Origin: Moniliella sp. 'wahieum'
Taxonomy: Eukaryota
DNA: 64,000 bases
Direction: 5' to 3'
Assembly (NCBI GenBank): GCA_003971905.1
Contig: RSEE01000020.1
Location: 248,001-312,000, forward strand
Below are positions 50,775 to 62,224 of the stretch, piece by piece (position 1 is the first letter of the stretch; every line of letters starts with the position of its first letter). A program made the translations under genes and the position numbers. The notes beneath the pieces are model-generated. The model did no database searches, was not told where the DNA came from, and was given only the letters and a program-made list of their open reading frames with translations.

Positions 50775-52517
50775 TGAGATCTGAGATCTGACATCTGATT
50801 GCATAGGGAGGATCTCAGATCTCACAGATCTCGCAGGAGACTTGATCTAATAGACAAATTTTAGGGGGGCAAAAAACATGTGGCTGCTTCTTCAGAGTGA
50901 AAAACTACTAGTCACTAATCACGCGAGAGTCACACATAGAACGAAGTGCCAGCCACCTATGGCGCACAGTAGGTTTTAGATGCGGTACAATATATACACT
51001 GCCATGGTACGTGGTACATGAGAAACATGGAGGATCGATGATCGATGGTACATGGTACCACAGCGACTAGTGACTGTTTAAGTGAACGTTATAAACGAAC
51101 GCTCGTTGCGAGGTTCAGGCGGAGCCAGCGCTCAGACGCTCAGGCTGGACGCGCCGAACGTTGAACGTTGGACCCTGCAGGTACCAAGAACTGAGTTGAA
51201 CGTGTTGAACCGTTGAACCCTGTTGAACATTAAACGTTTAAACGTTAAACGTTGAGCCACTACAAGGCCCAAGGCACGGGCGCCACATTTGCTTTCAAGG
51301 GGGGGAATGATTACCATGGCATGCATGATGCGTTATGTGATGCATGACTGACGGAAATGGCCGTGGGGTGATCTATGTGATCTGGGATGATGCTACCGCC
51401 GCATAGCGGAAGTGACGCGTGACGGGCAAATATCGGGATTTAGCCGGGTGTTGTCCCGGCCTGGCAGAACGGCAGTCCGCATATTCAGCGAACCAACCTG
51501 CCAAGCCCGATGGCCACGGATCTTGTGTTTCACGGCAAATCGCGGTCGTTCGCTAGAACGTTAGGCGTTAGGCGCCGGGAAGAAAGTGTCACATGTCACA
51601 TGCCGCCAATACACACCACAGGCGCCAAACGGTGCTCCCTCACGGGCCTGAGCCTCAGGCCTCAGGTGAGGCCTCAGGGGGGCTTCTGCAAGGAATATGG
51701 ATTGGAGAGGAACGAGCTATAGCAGGCTGTATTAATAGCCGTGGGGGCTGTCTGTACTTATAGCCCCGAATAGGCCCTCTAGAGCTGTTTCCCCCCACAC
51801 TGCCTTCAAGCTTCAAGTATCATGCATCATGTTTCATGCCACATTATGCACATGAGTATGATGCGTGACAGCGGTTATACTATAGCGGTTCGCTACCGAA
51901 CCATCAGGCATATATTGAGCACTCCTGGGCTTTATGTGAAAGGCCACAGAGAAAAGAGCCGGTTGTATGGATGGCATCAGGAGGGTATTGCATTAATTAG
52001 CACCCAACATGAGCATGAACGTTGAACGACGTTGAACTATATGTCGCCGCGAGAGGCTAGGGAATATTCCAGCCCTTGCCAGCAGGAAAGCGGAAGGAAT
52101 GCGCCGAAAGAACCCGCGCGCTCGGGCTCCCAACCGGCGCTACTAGCTACTACTTCAGGGTGGCACCATACTTGTTGTAACATGCAACCATCTAAAGCCA
52201 TGCACCACGGGCATGTGTGGGTTGCCAGACTTTTTTCGGGCAAGTTTATATTTGTTGAAAAACAGGCGCATCAACAGGGTGCAGCTAGCAAATCACCAGG
52301 TCACTGATCACCGACCACTAGTCACTGGATCACCATAGCCACTCGTACGTGTCCTGATCACCATTTGGACTCGTACTCACCGGTCAATCTCACGTCGACT
52401 GGTTTACTGCTTGTGACAGGTGAGGTACCGGGTACTGAGTGTACTGAGTATAGGTACTCTGAGATCTGACTGACTGAGTACTGGTGTACATGTCGCTTCT
52501 GTCACATGTCACATGTG
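50775..52517. repeat. Heptamer quasi-palindrome arrays upstream of the amino-acid permease
   Basis: agatct[g/c] at 50775-50831; atcgat[g] at ~51032-51046; aacgtt[g/a/t] at 51154-51256; aggcct[c/g] at 51645-51677; agtact[g] at 52430-52482; acatgt[c] at 52499-52517. Confidence 0.85.
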
Positions 52518-52854
52518 GGGGAGCAGTGCAGGGTCGAGGACAGTGTCTCAGGAACACGTCTTTCTCGCTGGGATATCGATACGCAGATATCGATTTTTCT
52601 TCCAACCTAGTTAAGCCGCTCAGGGGTTTGGGACTCTTTGCAACGGAGGAGAGCTAATTGGCTGCTCATGCGCTCATGCGCTCGCTAGTCACTAATGAAA
52701 AACTGCAGCACGAAAAAGACTCGGAAGGTTTCCTTTTTGATTGCGTGGCGGCATGTGTCCACCTGGGAACCTGGGTGGTATATATCTCTTGCCCTTCCGA
52801 GTGAATGGTGGGAAGAGGGCTCTACCATCCCTTTTACCGCCTCCCCTGCTCCCC

Positions 52855-54788
52855 ATGGCTACAATCCGCAATTTTGCGGCGAGCTTCAAGCTGCAACGGT
52901 CGGATCCTGCAGGGAGCCATCCCCAAGCTATCACCCGTTCTTCGACGTCCATTGGCCATGACCTTGAGAAACTTGATTCGGCGCCGCCACGCCGTCGGAA
53001 AAGACCGATGGCGAACACGTGCAGGAGCGGGGCGAGGATGCCTCTGTCGACGGCAGCGATACAGGGCTGAAGCGCGACTTTAACCAGTTCCATCTACAAG
53101 TATGTTTCCCTTTTGGAACTTCCAGATGTTAGAAGGCTGGGACTAACGATTAAGATCTAGATGCTTGCCTTTGGTGGGAGTATCGGGACTGGTCTCCTAA
53201 TCGCATCGGGAGGAGTGTACTCCACGGGTGGAGCTGGATTCTTGATCCTTGATTATCTTCTCGTCGCTACCATGCTGTTCACTGTCATGATGTCCTTGGG
53301 TGAGCTGGCCTGCATGTTCCCCGTTGCGGGAACATTTTCTACCCTGGGCAGCCGCTTCGTGTCCAGCTCATGGGGGTTCGGCATGGGGTACATGTATGTG
53401 CTTCAATGGCTTGTTACCACCCCGCTCCAGATCGCCTCCTGCTCCATCGTGATTACCTATTGGGACCCGAACAAGACCATCTCCCCCGCAGTCTGGGTTA
53501 CCATCATTTGTGTCATCTTCTTCCTTAACCTTTTGGCGTCCGACTCTATGGCCACATGGAGATTTTCATGTCCACCATCAAGATAATTCTGCTTCTCGGG
53601 GTAATCATTTGCTTTTCTGTCGTCTCGGCAGGTGGGGGACCAACCCATCATCACATTGGCGCCGCCTACTGGAAGCCCGACCTGGCCTTCCTTAATGGGT
53701 TCAAAGGATTTGTACGTCATCCAGCGTTCGTCCCCCCAGTTTGTTCAGTCACTGACGTTTGATGATAGTGCTCTGTATTCGTTTCAGCTGCCTTCTCGGT
53801 GGCCGGCGTGGAGATGATCGCCCTAGCGGCGGCGGAAACGTCCACCCCTCGGAAGGCGGTTCCCAAGGCAGTCCGGCAAGTCTGGATGCGCGTTGTGTTG
53901 ATCTATGTCGTCACTCTCTTTGTCATCACCCTTTGTGTTTCACCGAATGACCCTCGTCTGACTGAGTACGGATCAAGCAATCCCCGTTCTTCTCCCATCG
54001 TTGTCGCTCTCATCGATGCCAAAATCAAGGTCCTTCCTTCGATTGTGAACGCTGTTATCCTGTTGGCCTGCATTTCGGTTGGCGTGACCAGTGTGTACGG
54101 CACCTCTCGCACGTTGCTTGGTCTCGCACAAAGTCAGGCTCCCAATCTTTGCTTACGTTGACCGTGAGGGCCGCCCCACCCCCGCGATTGTGTTCGCCAT
54201 GCTATTTAGTCTGATTGGCTACGTCGCTGTTTCGGGAAGCGAGGGGGACGTATTTGCTTGGCTCTTGGCCATATCGGGTCTGTCTACCCTTTTTACGTGG
54301 TTTTCCGTCTGTTTCTGCCACATCCGCTCCGCCTTGCCTGGACCCACTCCGGTCGCTCGCTCGACTTGATTCCTGGCGTGCGCCTGGGGGGATTTACGCT
54401 GCTGCTTACGGTGCTGGCTTTTGCATTCTTATCCTCATCTTGCAATTTATCATTGCCGCCGCCCCAATTGGCGCCAACTCGATGTCAGCGAGCGAACGGA
54501 CAATCACCTTCTTCCAGGCCTATCTCGCTTTCCCCATTCTCATCCTCTTTCTCGTTTATGCTGAACTGGATTGGGCGGCGCTCAAGTCACGGTGGTTGTC
54601 AAGCGCATTGCTGGCGTTCCCGTGGGCTGGGGCCCTACCCGCTGGTGGGTTCGTTCTTGGGTGCGGATTGAGGACATTGATATCGACCTGGGCCGGAGGA
54701 ATCCCCCGTCGCTCGAGCAGCTCATGGCCGAACGCCAAGAAGCTCGTGAATGTCTCTCGGGAAGAAGATAGTCGAATTCTTCTTCTGA
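52855..54788 (+). CDS. Amino-acid permease (YAT/APC family, Gap1-like)
   Basis: LKRDFNQFHLQ | intron 53100-53160 | MLAFGGSIGTGL..LGELACMFPVAG..GFGMGYMY, AAAETSTPRKAVPKA, SPIVVA, VNAVIL, VDREGRP, FAWLLAISGLS, FFQAYL. Second intron ~53712-53787. Confidence 0.92.
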
Positions 54789-55299
54789 TCCGTTTGTCGT
54801 TTCTTCTTCTATACCCTTTCCGCACACTGGCCAAAGCCTTCACTTTTACGGTTTGATTGTAATGATGCGTCGAGATGTCATTTTGACTTTGACTTTGACA
54901 CTTGATACTCTATCTGTGCTGGGCTGAATTGATTAGCACTACGTATAGCAAAATACACTGACCGCCCAGCGTTTCTTTTTCTCTACTGCCATAACCTTTC
55001 CAAATGCTGTGTACGGCAGCGACATTATAAGAAGCGTTCTCCCCCAGAAGCTCTCTATCCGGCGTAGTGCTGACAACTCGCGCTCACCCCGTAGGAGGCC
55101 AATGGTATTGTCAGGAGGTCACGCCGCCCAGGAGACCATTCAACTCTCGCCATTAGTTTCGCTATGTTGGCACATACGGCGAATAAGGAAAGCCGTCGAC
55201 ATGTGAGTCATAACATGAATGAACCATCATGTGTTTCAAGGATACTCTCCTGGGGTAGTTCCTTTTCCAGCGTTCATGCATGCTTCCCCTCTCAAAAAG

Positions 55300-56240
55300 T
55301 ATTGAATTTTGCTAGAATCTGTGCGGGGATACTGCGTTCTTGTATCCTCTAGTTGTACGGAAACAGTTATAGATTAAAGTATGTACCAAAGCTTGTTGGG
55401 CGTCTTCGTAACCAGCAATGTGTGTCGCCCGCGCATAACAGGTGTGGGGGTGATGGCTGAAGCCACCCCTCAATGATGATGCATTGTATGCCGCCAAAGC
55501 AAAGGCATTGCGGCGCCCAGGTATACGCTTCTTCTGCTTATTGAGGTGAGGCATTCGGGTATTGTCTCTCCTGTATGGCACACAGGCCAACAGTCATAGG
55601 GCTGAGAGGAGAGAGGTCGGGAGGCTCAGCCTAAGAGACCAGGGGGCGAGTCTGGGTGTCTACATTCTCACGAAGAAGGCGCCGCACAGACTACATTGCC
55701 ACACGCCAGGCTTGATATCGAAGCATGGGGCCAGATGCGTGCATTCTGGACACCTGAGAGCGAATCCCTGTTGTTTTTCTGGTTAAGACCTGCCAGTGCG
55801 CAGCAAGATACAAGGGAAACACTTGCACGACGGGCCATATTAGGCTGAAGAGGCAGCGTTGCGTGATGACGTGGTGTGGGGAAAAAGAAAGTAAGATAAT
55901 TGATGAGCCTCTCCGTTAGTCGTCCTTATATATGCACCCCAAGTTGGACGAGCTGCGTTGCCTGGGCGATGAGAGATGCGTGACGGTCGATTCCCTCTGT
56001 CCTCGCGCTGTAGCCGCCCATGTAACCCCTTTATGCTTGTGCACCCCATGCAGGCGGCTGCATGGGACACAGTCCTCTGCCCCATAACCCTTTCGGGCCT
56101 TCGGGGGAGCGCCCAATGGTCTCGGTCCATGATCGGGACCCGGTTCTCTGAGTCCAATTGGCTGTGCCGGTCTAGGCGGTCACGTGCCTTGAAGCTTGAC
56201 ACCCAGCCTGGTGATATTCCGCGCGTGGATTTCACTTAAT
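55300..56240 (-). mobile_element. Degenerate pogo/Tigger (CENP-B/DDE_1) transposase relic
   Basis: SPGWVSSFKAR resembles the CENP-B HTH motif S.GW..RFK.R. It is followed by a frameshifted MD/ET..WALP.R and, further on, RR.....YNASS (resembling R..LLLDNASSH). Confidence 0.4.
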
Positions 56241-56970
56241 TGCCGATGTGGTTGAGTAGTTGGATATTTAAGAATACTACGTTAGCTTCAAGCTCGCTTG
56301 AAGTTGAATGTGTGGGGATTCCGTACAGACCTCTCCACAGTGGTTACGGCGGACGTTGTTGGACATAGTGATGGACGCACTCGGCCGACCAAGCGAACAT
56401 CGGTTGACATGCTGCCGAGTCCTTAGCGCATCGAGCAGTATATTCCCTCTTACATAAAAGGCGCGTGGAAGATAGTTTCTTCAGCACCCTACTCTCATGA
56501 GACCAGAAGTCCGGATAGTCCTTGAGGGTAATGCAATCACAGGTGGTGGTGGTGGGTAGTGTAAGCCAACCAGCAACGTCTACAGAGGAACATCAAGAAC
56601 CCACCCTCAGGCCTCACGCGCCACGAGGCAAGAGCTGCCGAGGAAAGTAAGAAGCTCAACTCCAACTCGGGCAGCTGGCAAAGGCATAAATGAAGGGTAC
56701 GGACATATTGTTTTGGTAGTGGCGATGCAGGCAATCGCTCGTTGTACGGCAAAATAAGCATGCCCGCGTCCAGCCAAAGGCGTACAGTTGCTCTAGCATT
56801 CTCGAGTGCATAGCGTAGATCGAGAAGTGCTGATGTCCCGCATGCGTGCAATGCGTAGCAGGGGATGAACATGAGCAATGAAGCAATATGGGAAGCAGGC
56901 GTCAACATCGAGCAGCAGTGAGCGAAAGTTGGCTTACAAAAATGTTCCAAGAGCCATAGGCCGAAGACGT

Positions 56971-57488
56971 TTAGTCAAAGAGACCGAAGCCCATGTCGTC
57001 GTCTGACTCCTCCTCTTCCTCCTCCTATTCTCTCCTCAAACAGGCGGCGGCGGCTTCACCAGCACTGGCAGCGGCAGCGGAAGGCGCCGCACCTGCAGGG
57101 GCGGCACCAACGCGCCAATACCAGCCAAAAGCTCCTTAACGTCCTTGCCCTCAAGCGCCTTAGCCAGGAGGGTGGCCCACACGGGCTCAACCTCGACCTT
57201 AGCGGCCTTGGTAAGGGTGGTGATCTTCTCTGCCTGAAGACCAAATATATACAGGTCAGTTGCCTCGATCTCATTCAAAATTCAAACTCCGCAGCACCAC
57301 CCCCCGGGGTCCCCAGCAAGTGCAAGGCAAAATGCACATCGTCAGCCAAAGCGACTGTCATCCAGCAGCAGTCGAAACAAGGGGACGGGGGAAGCGGAAA
57401 TGGAAAGAGAAATAGCGTGACGTACAGAAATTTCGACCCGCTCGTCGGCGAGGATGAGAGTCGCGAGCGTAGCGGCGTTAGCAGACAT
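56971..57488 (-). CDS. RPP1: 60S acidic ribosomal protein P1
   Basis: [21 protein letters not shown] | intron 57234-57425 | [36 protein letters not shown]...[19 protein letters not shown]. Confidence 0.96.
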
Positions 57489-57666
57489 GGCGACGAACGG
57501 CTTGTGTACAGCGAGCTATGAGGGACTTGGACCTGGTGTCACAAGCATTGGATGCGACAATCGTCCCGCGAAGTGTCGGTGAAATAGGGTTGAATAGGAA
57601 CATAGGCGCAATAAATATATGGCGCCTCATGTCGATCATTGATCACTAGATCACTTGACCACTGGT

Positions 57667-57705
57667 CATGCATCATGCATCATGCATCATGCATCATGCA
57701 TCATG
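57667..57705. repeat. Perfect (catgcat)5 array upstream of RPP1
   Basis: catgcatcatgcatcatgcatcatgcatcatgcatcatg, about 180 bp upstream of the RPP1 ATG. Confidence 0.9.
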
Positions 57706-58507
57706 TTCGAACAAATGGAGCATTGAATGCGTTCCAACGTATTCAACATCTCACAGGCCTCACCGGCCTCATCTTCTGCCTCACCGCCGGCTGTATATGG
57801 CCCGGCGTTATATACAAGTATCGATTTGGCCAGACTTGCGGCGAAATGTCTATATCTACCAGTCCGCTCAAGACTCCTCCGTCTGTATAAACCACACCTC
57901 CATCTCCTTCTCTCACTCCCTCAATAGTACGGGTGACAATCACAGAAAAGAAACGTGGAGGATAAACAATGGGGAGAAAGGGTTATAGGGCCCCCGTAGA
58001 CATTGTACTATATACACGTTCGTCAGCCGCGACGAGCAAAGGGTATCATCAACAGGAGATGGAGAGGAAAAGGGAAAGGGGTAATAGGTGATCATATTCA
58101 TCGAGAGTGGAGAAGAAACGATGGAGTATGTATATATCGACGGAGGAGCTTGGGACCGTTCGAGTTGGGAATTGCGTAAAAGAGGGCTTCAACAGCATCG
58201 ACGATGAAGAAGTCTGGTCTAGGCTCACCTGGTTAGTCGACTCAAAGTCCTTCCACTGGGTTTACAATAACAGCAAAGAGTCGTTCTCGTTACGCGTTAT
58301 TCATATTGGTGAAGTTAAGAGACAGATCATGTGAAAATGAAAGACATCGCATATAGAGCGATCAGCACCAGAAAAAGCCCACGGCCGCAGGGGAGAGGAG
58401 AAAAAGATCACAGTATCATTGCACAAAAAAGGGGTCCAGCGGAGGGGGCATCGCCGAATGGTGGAGCTGATCTCAAAGGCCAGCTCTCAGTAACGGATGC
58501 CTTCCCG

Positions 58508-60722
58508 TCAAAGCTTACTACGCGCGAGACTTGACGACGGCATCTCTGGAATGAAGCCACTGGCAGCGCTGGCCAAGGGCTGCTTCCCCTCTGCGCTAGT
58601 CGAAATCATTGAGAGAGGGACAGGGTAATCCTCGTCGAGCTTGCCCACTTGAGAACGAAGCACATTCTTCTGTACTTTGCCTGTGGGCACTTTGGGGAGG
58701 GAGGGAACCAACTCCACCCAGGCCGGCACAGCAAAGTGACTCATGCGTGAGCGACACCAGTCCCGTAGGTCCTTAGTCAAAGCCAGACGGAATTCAAGAC
58801 TGGAGTTGAGTTCCTTGCAGACGGCGGCCAAGCGACTGTCGTGGCTGTCCGCATCCACATCGGGCACATCAGTCGGCTGAAGTGTGAGCAGGGGGGACCA
58901 TTCGGCTTGCCCATGGCGTGCATTTTGCCCAAGTAGCTCCGTAGGCCCGAGGGCGAAAGCACGACACATGCATGGCCTGCTTCCCCCCAGCGAGCATGGG
59001 GCCGCGCCACCAGGGCGCATTCCCGCACCAGTTCATGAGCTGAAAGTTCCTGCTCGACCATGAGTGAGGAGACATTCTCTCCCCCAGGAATGATAATATC
59101 TTTGGACCGGTCCCGAATCACAATCCCGCCGTTGGGCAAGCGGACGGCCAAATCGCCACTGCACAAGTACCCGTCTTTGGTGCATTTGGCCGTAGCCACG
59201 GGGTCGTTAAAGTACTCGCGCATAACAATGTTGCCCCGCATCACCACTTCACCCACTTCTTCTCCATTCAGCTCGACGTCTTCGGCTGGTTCTTTCACTT
59301 TGCTCCAGTCGCCATCAAAGTCTTTGGGGATGCGGAAGACGCGAACCTCGTCTGCAGTCAAAAATCCATGACCTTGTTGGGCCATGAGTCGAGACCGTTC
59401 GTCCAATGAGAGGTCCTTCCATGTTTCCCCCATTGCTCCTCCCTTCTCGTCATAGCGCCGAGTAAAGGGGCCGTAGGTTTCTGTCATCCCATAGATGGCA
59501 ACCGGAAGAAAGCCCAATGTCTCCAACCGGCCGATGAGAGCCGAAGTGGGCGCTGATCCCGCCACTCCGAGCCGAATAAAGGGGCGAGTGGGAGTTCGAA
59601 CACTGCGTGCTTTGGGGTGGTACACGACGCCTACTTGAACCGTAGGGGCTCCACATGAATGGGTCACCCCACCGTGGAGGTAGGCGTCCCAAATTGCATC
59701 ATAGTCCACTCGCCGGATCGTATAGCTGCACGAGAGTGCTGCTGTTGTGGCCCAAGGGAAGGTCCAGCCACTGCAGTGAAACGCGGGTAGGATCCACAGA
59801 TACACACTGTTGTGATCAAGGCGTAACTCGAATGCTGGTAACATTAACAATAGTTAATCAGCATTCACATACGAAAGAAAAAGGGGGAGAGGGGATCAGT
59901 ATGTTGCCTCCACAACGAAAATGCAAGGGCAACAAAACGGTACACACCATTGGCTAGAGCTGCAAGGTAGGAGCCCCGAACAGTGGTCACGACTCCCTTA
60001 GGGCGACCCGTAGTACCCGAGGTGTAGCAGAGGGAACTGGGGGTGTCTTCAGACGGGGGCAAAGAGAATACTTCCCAGTCCCGCGGCGCTGTGGCCGGGT
60101 TTCTTCCTTGCATGCGGGCAACTTCGGCAGACTTTTCGTTTGCCTGCTGCCACTGGAGCCAACCTTTGTCGAGAAACTGCTCGTAGGGATCGGCATCAAT
60201 ACCGTTGATACCGCCGCTATCGTGGCTAACGACGACGGTGATTCCGCGTTGGGCATGCTTGGGCTCGATCAGATGGGCAAACATGTGATCCACGATAATC
60301 ACGCGTGCGCCGCTATGCTCGAGGACATACGAGATTTCCGCGGGTGTGTTACGAATGTTGATCGGCTGTACGATGCCTCCTGCAGCCAGAACGGCATGAT
60401 GGGCTTCGAGAATCATGGGGCAATTGGGCGCGACGATAGCAACGGGGGCCCCCTGTTGGAAAGAGGGATCCGTACGGAGTGCGTGGGCAAAGCTGAGGCA
60501 ACGGGCGGCCCATTGGCCGTAATTGAAGCCGTAGTTGCGCTCAGGGTGGACAATGGCTTGCGCAGTGGGTGCAACGAGGGCGGCACGAAGCAGGAAGGAG
60601 ACGGGCGTCAGAGGTGTGTGGTTCATTGGTGTTCCAGCGGGGACGGCAAGTCGAAGGATAAAGGGGCGCCCCTCGGGCGGCTGGGACGAGCGGGGCGGGG
60701 TGTAGGAGACTGGCAACGACAT
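58508..60722 (-). CDS. AMP-binding acyl-CoA synthetase (acyl-activating enzyme) with C-terminal PTS1 (-SKL)
   Basis: PLTPVSFLLRAA, LCYTSGTTGRPKGV, YLWILPAFHCSGW, YGMTETYGP, SGDLAV, RDRSKDIII.GGENVSS, LPKVPTGKVQKNVLR...ARSKL-stop. Intron ~59838-59945. Confidence 0.92.
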
Positions 60723-61346
60723 GGGGGGGGTTAGGGCAATGCAGACTGGTGGTGGCGAGGAGTAGAGGATATAAATATGAGAGGGATGAAGCAGCCGAGG
60801 TGCCACCACAGTCCATGTCCAGTAGAGCGCGGAGACCGGATCTGTTCTTTCCGGTTGCGGCGGAGTGCTGTGTCAAAAGTATAAGGGGTGCCCCAATCAA
60901 ATGTCATAGGAGCAGGAGGTGTATACGCATCAATCTCGCATCAATATGTCAGTCGCGGAGAGATCATTAATTATTCCCAACCCACTAATGGGCTGCAATA
61001 TGCATCCACTGCCGTCCCGCCCGCTTACGAGTGCTGCCGAGCGCCGGTGGGCGGCCCGCGTGATGCATGATGCATGATGCATGATGGGGCACTGCTATTG
61101 TTACGCTTCGCTGCTAGACGCACTAGCCCGGCTGTGCGGTTCGAAACAATCCTCAAAGCAAAAGCAGTCCTTCCCCGCCCCCCCGCACCCAACACTGAAT
61201 AATGTGGAGCCCCGCAATTCAATCCAGAAGGCTCCACACGCAAGGTTGCCATTACATTTACGCAACGAATTACGTGGACCCTACACAGCCAGTCGCGGCC
61301 AAGCCGGATGAGAAATCACCGGCCACCCCCGATGTACACGGAGGTG

Positions 61347-61457
61347 GACCACACCGGGCCTACGGCCCCCGGTCTGCTGGGGCTTCGCCCCAGTTTGGTG
61401 CTTGGTGTGGTGCTTGGTGCTTGGTCGCCACCTTAGTGTCAATGATATGGAGATGCA
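61347..61457 (+). mobile_element. Minimal ~110-bp element: double-hairpin head fused directly to the 3'-terminal motif
   Basis: gaccacaccgggcctacggcccccggtctgctggggcttcgccccagtttggtgcttggt...cgccaccttag followed by tgtcaatgatatggagatgca, the terminal motif also seen at ~13747 and ~50258 (minus). Confidence 0.65.
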
Positions 61458-62062
61458 AATAGAGATACACCACTACCATGTGTGCGACCAGGACATGGGT
61501 CCTGGACCGAGATGATGGGATGGTCAACATTCCATGTTGTGATGGTTGCGCGTTGGTTGTTGTGATAATGCGGACATTATTCATGCATGGGGTGGGTGCC
61601 CATCCTCTCGGTCTTGAAGATAATAGGCAACTTTTCTCGAAAGGAGAGGGAGCCATTGTCACCGAGATGGAAGTAATGCTGAAGGAGAGTACATACCATC
61701 ATCCCAAGTTACAGGGCACAGCCTGTCCTGAAATAGAAGCGCGAGCGATATCAGGGAAGATTGGGGACTGTGGGAACGGCGGGGTTTTGTTAGCGACGGG
61801 AGTATTGCGCACAAACAGGAGGGTATAATAGAGTAGCGCATGCTTTGTTGCCGGTATAGTGGCCTGCCTTCAGCCTTCTTTTTTAGGGGGCGTTGAGCGA
61901 GTGTGTGGCCTTTGGGGTGGAAGTGACCGTACCCTGGCTCGACAGAGCAAAAAGGTTGGACGGGGCTGCCTCCAACAAACACTGGAAACAGATGTGTATA
62001 TTATCCTCGGCATATAGTCCTCGGCCAAGGTACACTTATTGAATGCCAGTGTTCCTATGCAT

Positions 62063-62145
62063 GCCTCGCTATTTCAATCGGTAGAATTTGAGACTCTTAA
62101 AGAGTTGCCATCTCACGGTTGTGGGTTCGAGTCCCACGTGGGGCG
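62063..62145 (+). tRNA. tRNA-Lys(CTT) with ~10-nt intron
   Basis: GCCTCGC/GTGGGGC-G acceptor stem, TGAGA-CT-CTT-A[intron]A-TCTCA anticodon arm, GTGGGTTCGAGTCCCAC T arm, T-rich terminator. Confidence 0.88.
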
Positions 62146-62224
62146 TATTTTTATTCGCTGTCTATCGCACAACCTGTTGACTAAATTAAGCAGGATGAAG
62201 CCTCCCCAGATTCAAACACCTTCC

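Noticed and set aside
57234..57425. Intronic snoRNA in RPP1
   Set aside because: No convincing C/D or H/ACA box arrangement.
62070..62088. Atypical D-stem in tRNA-Lys (U10 mismatch)
   Set aside because: A single-base anomaly cannot be trusted in an error-prone assembly.
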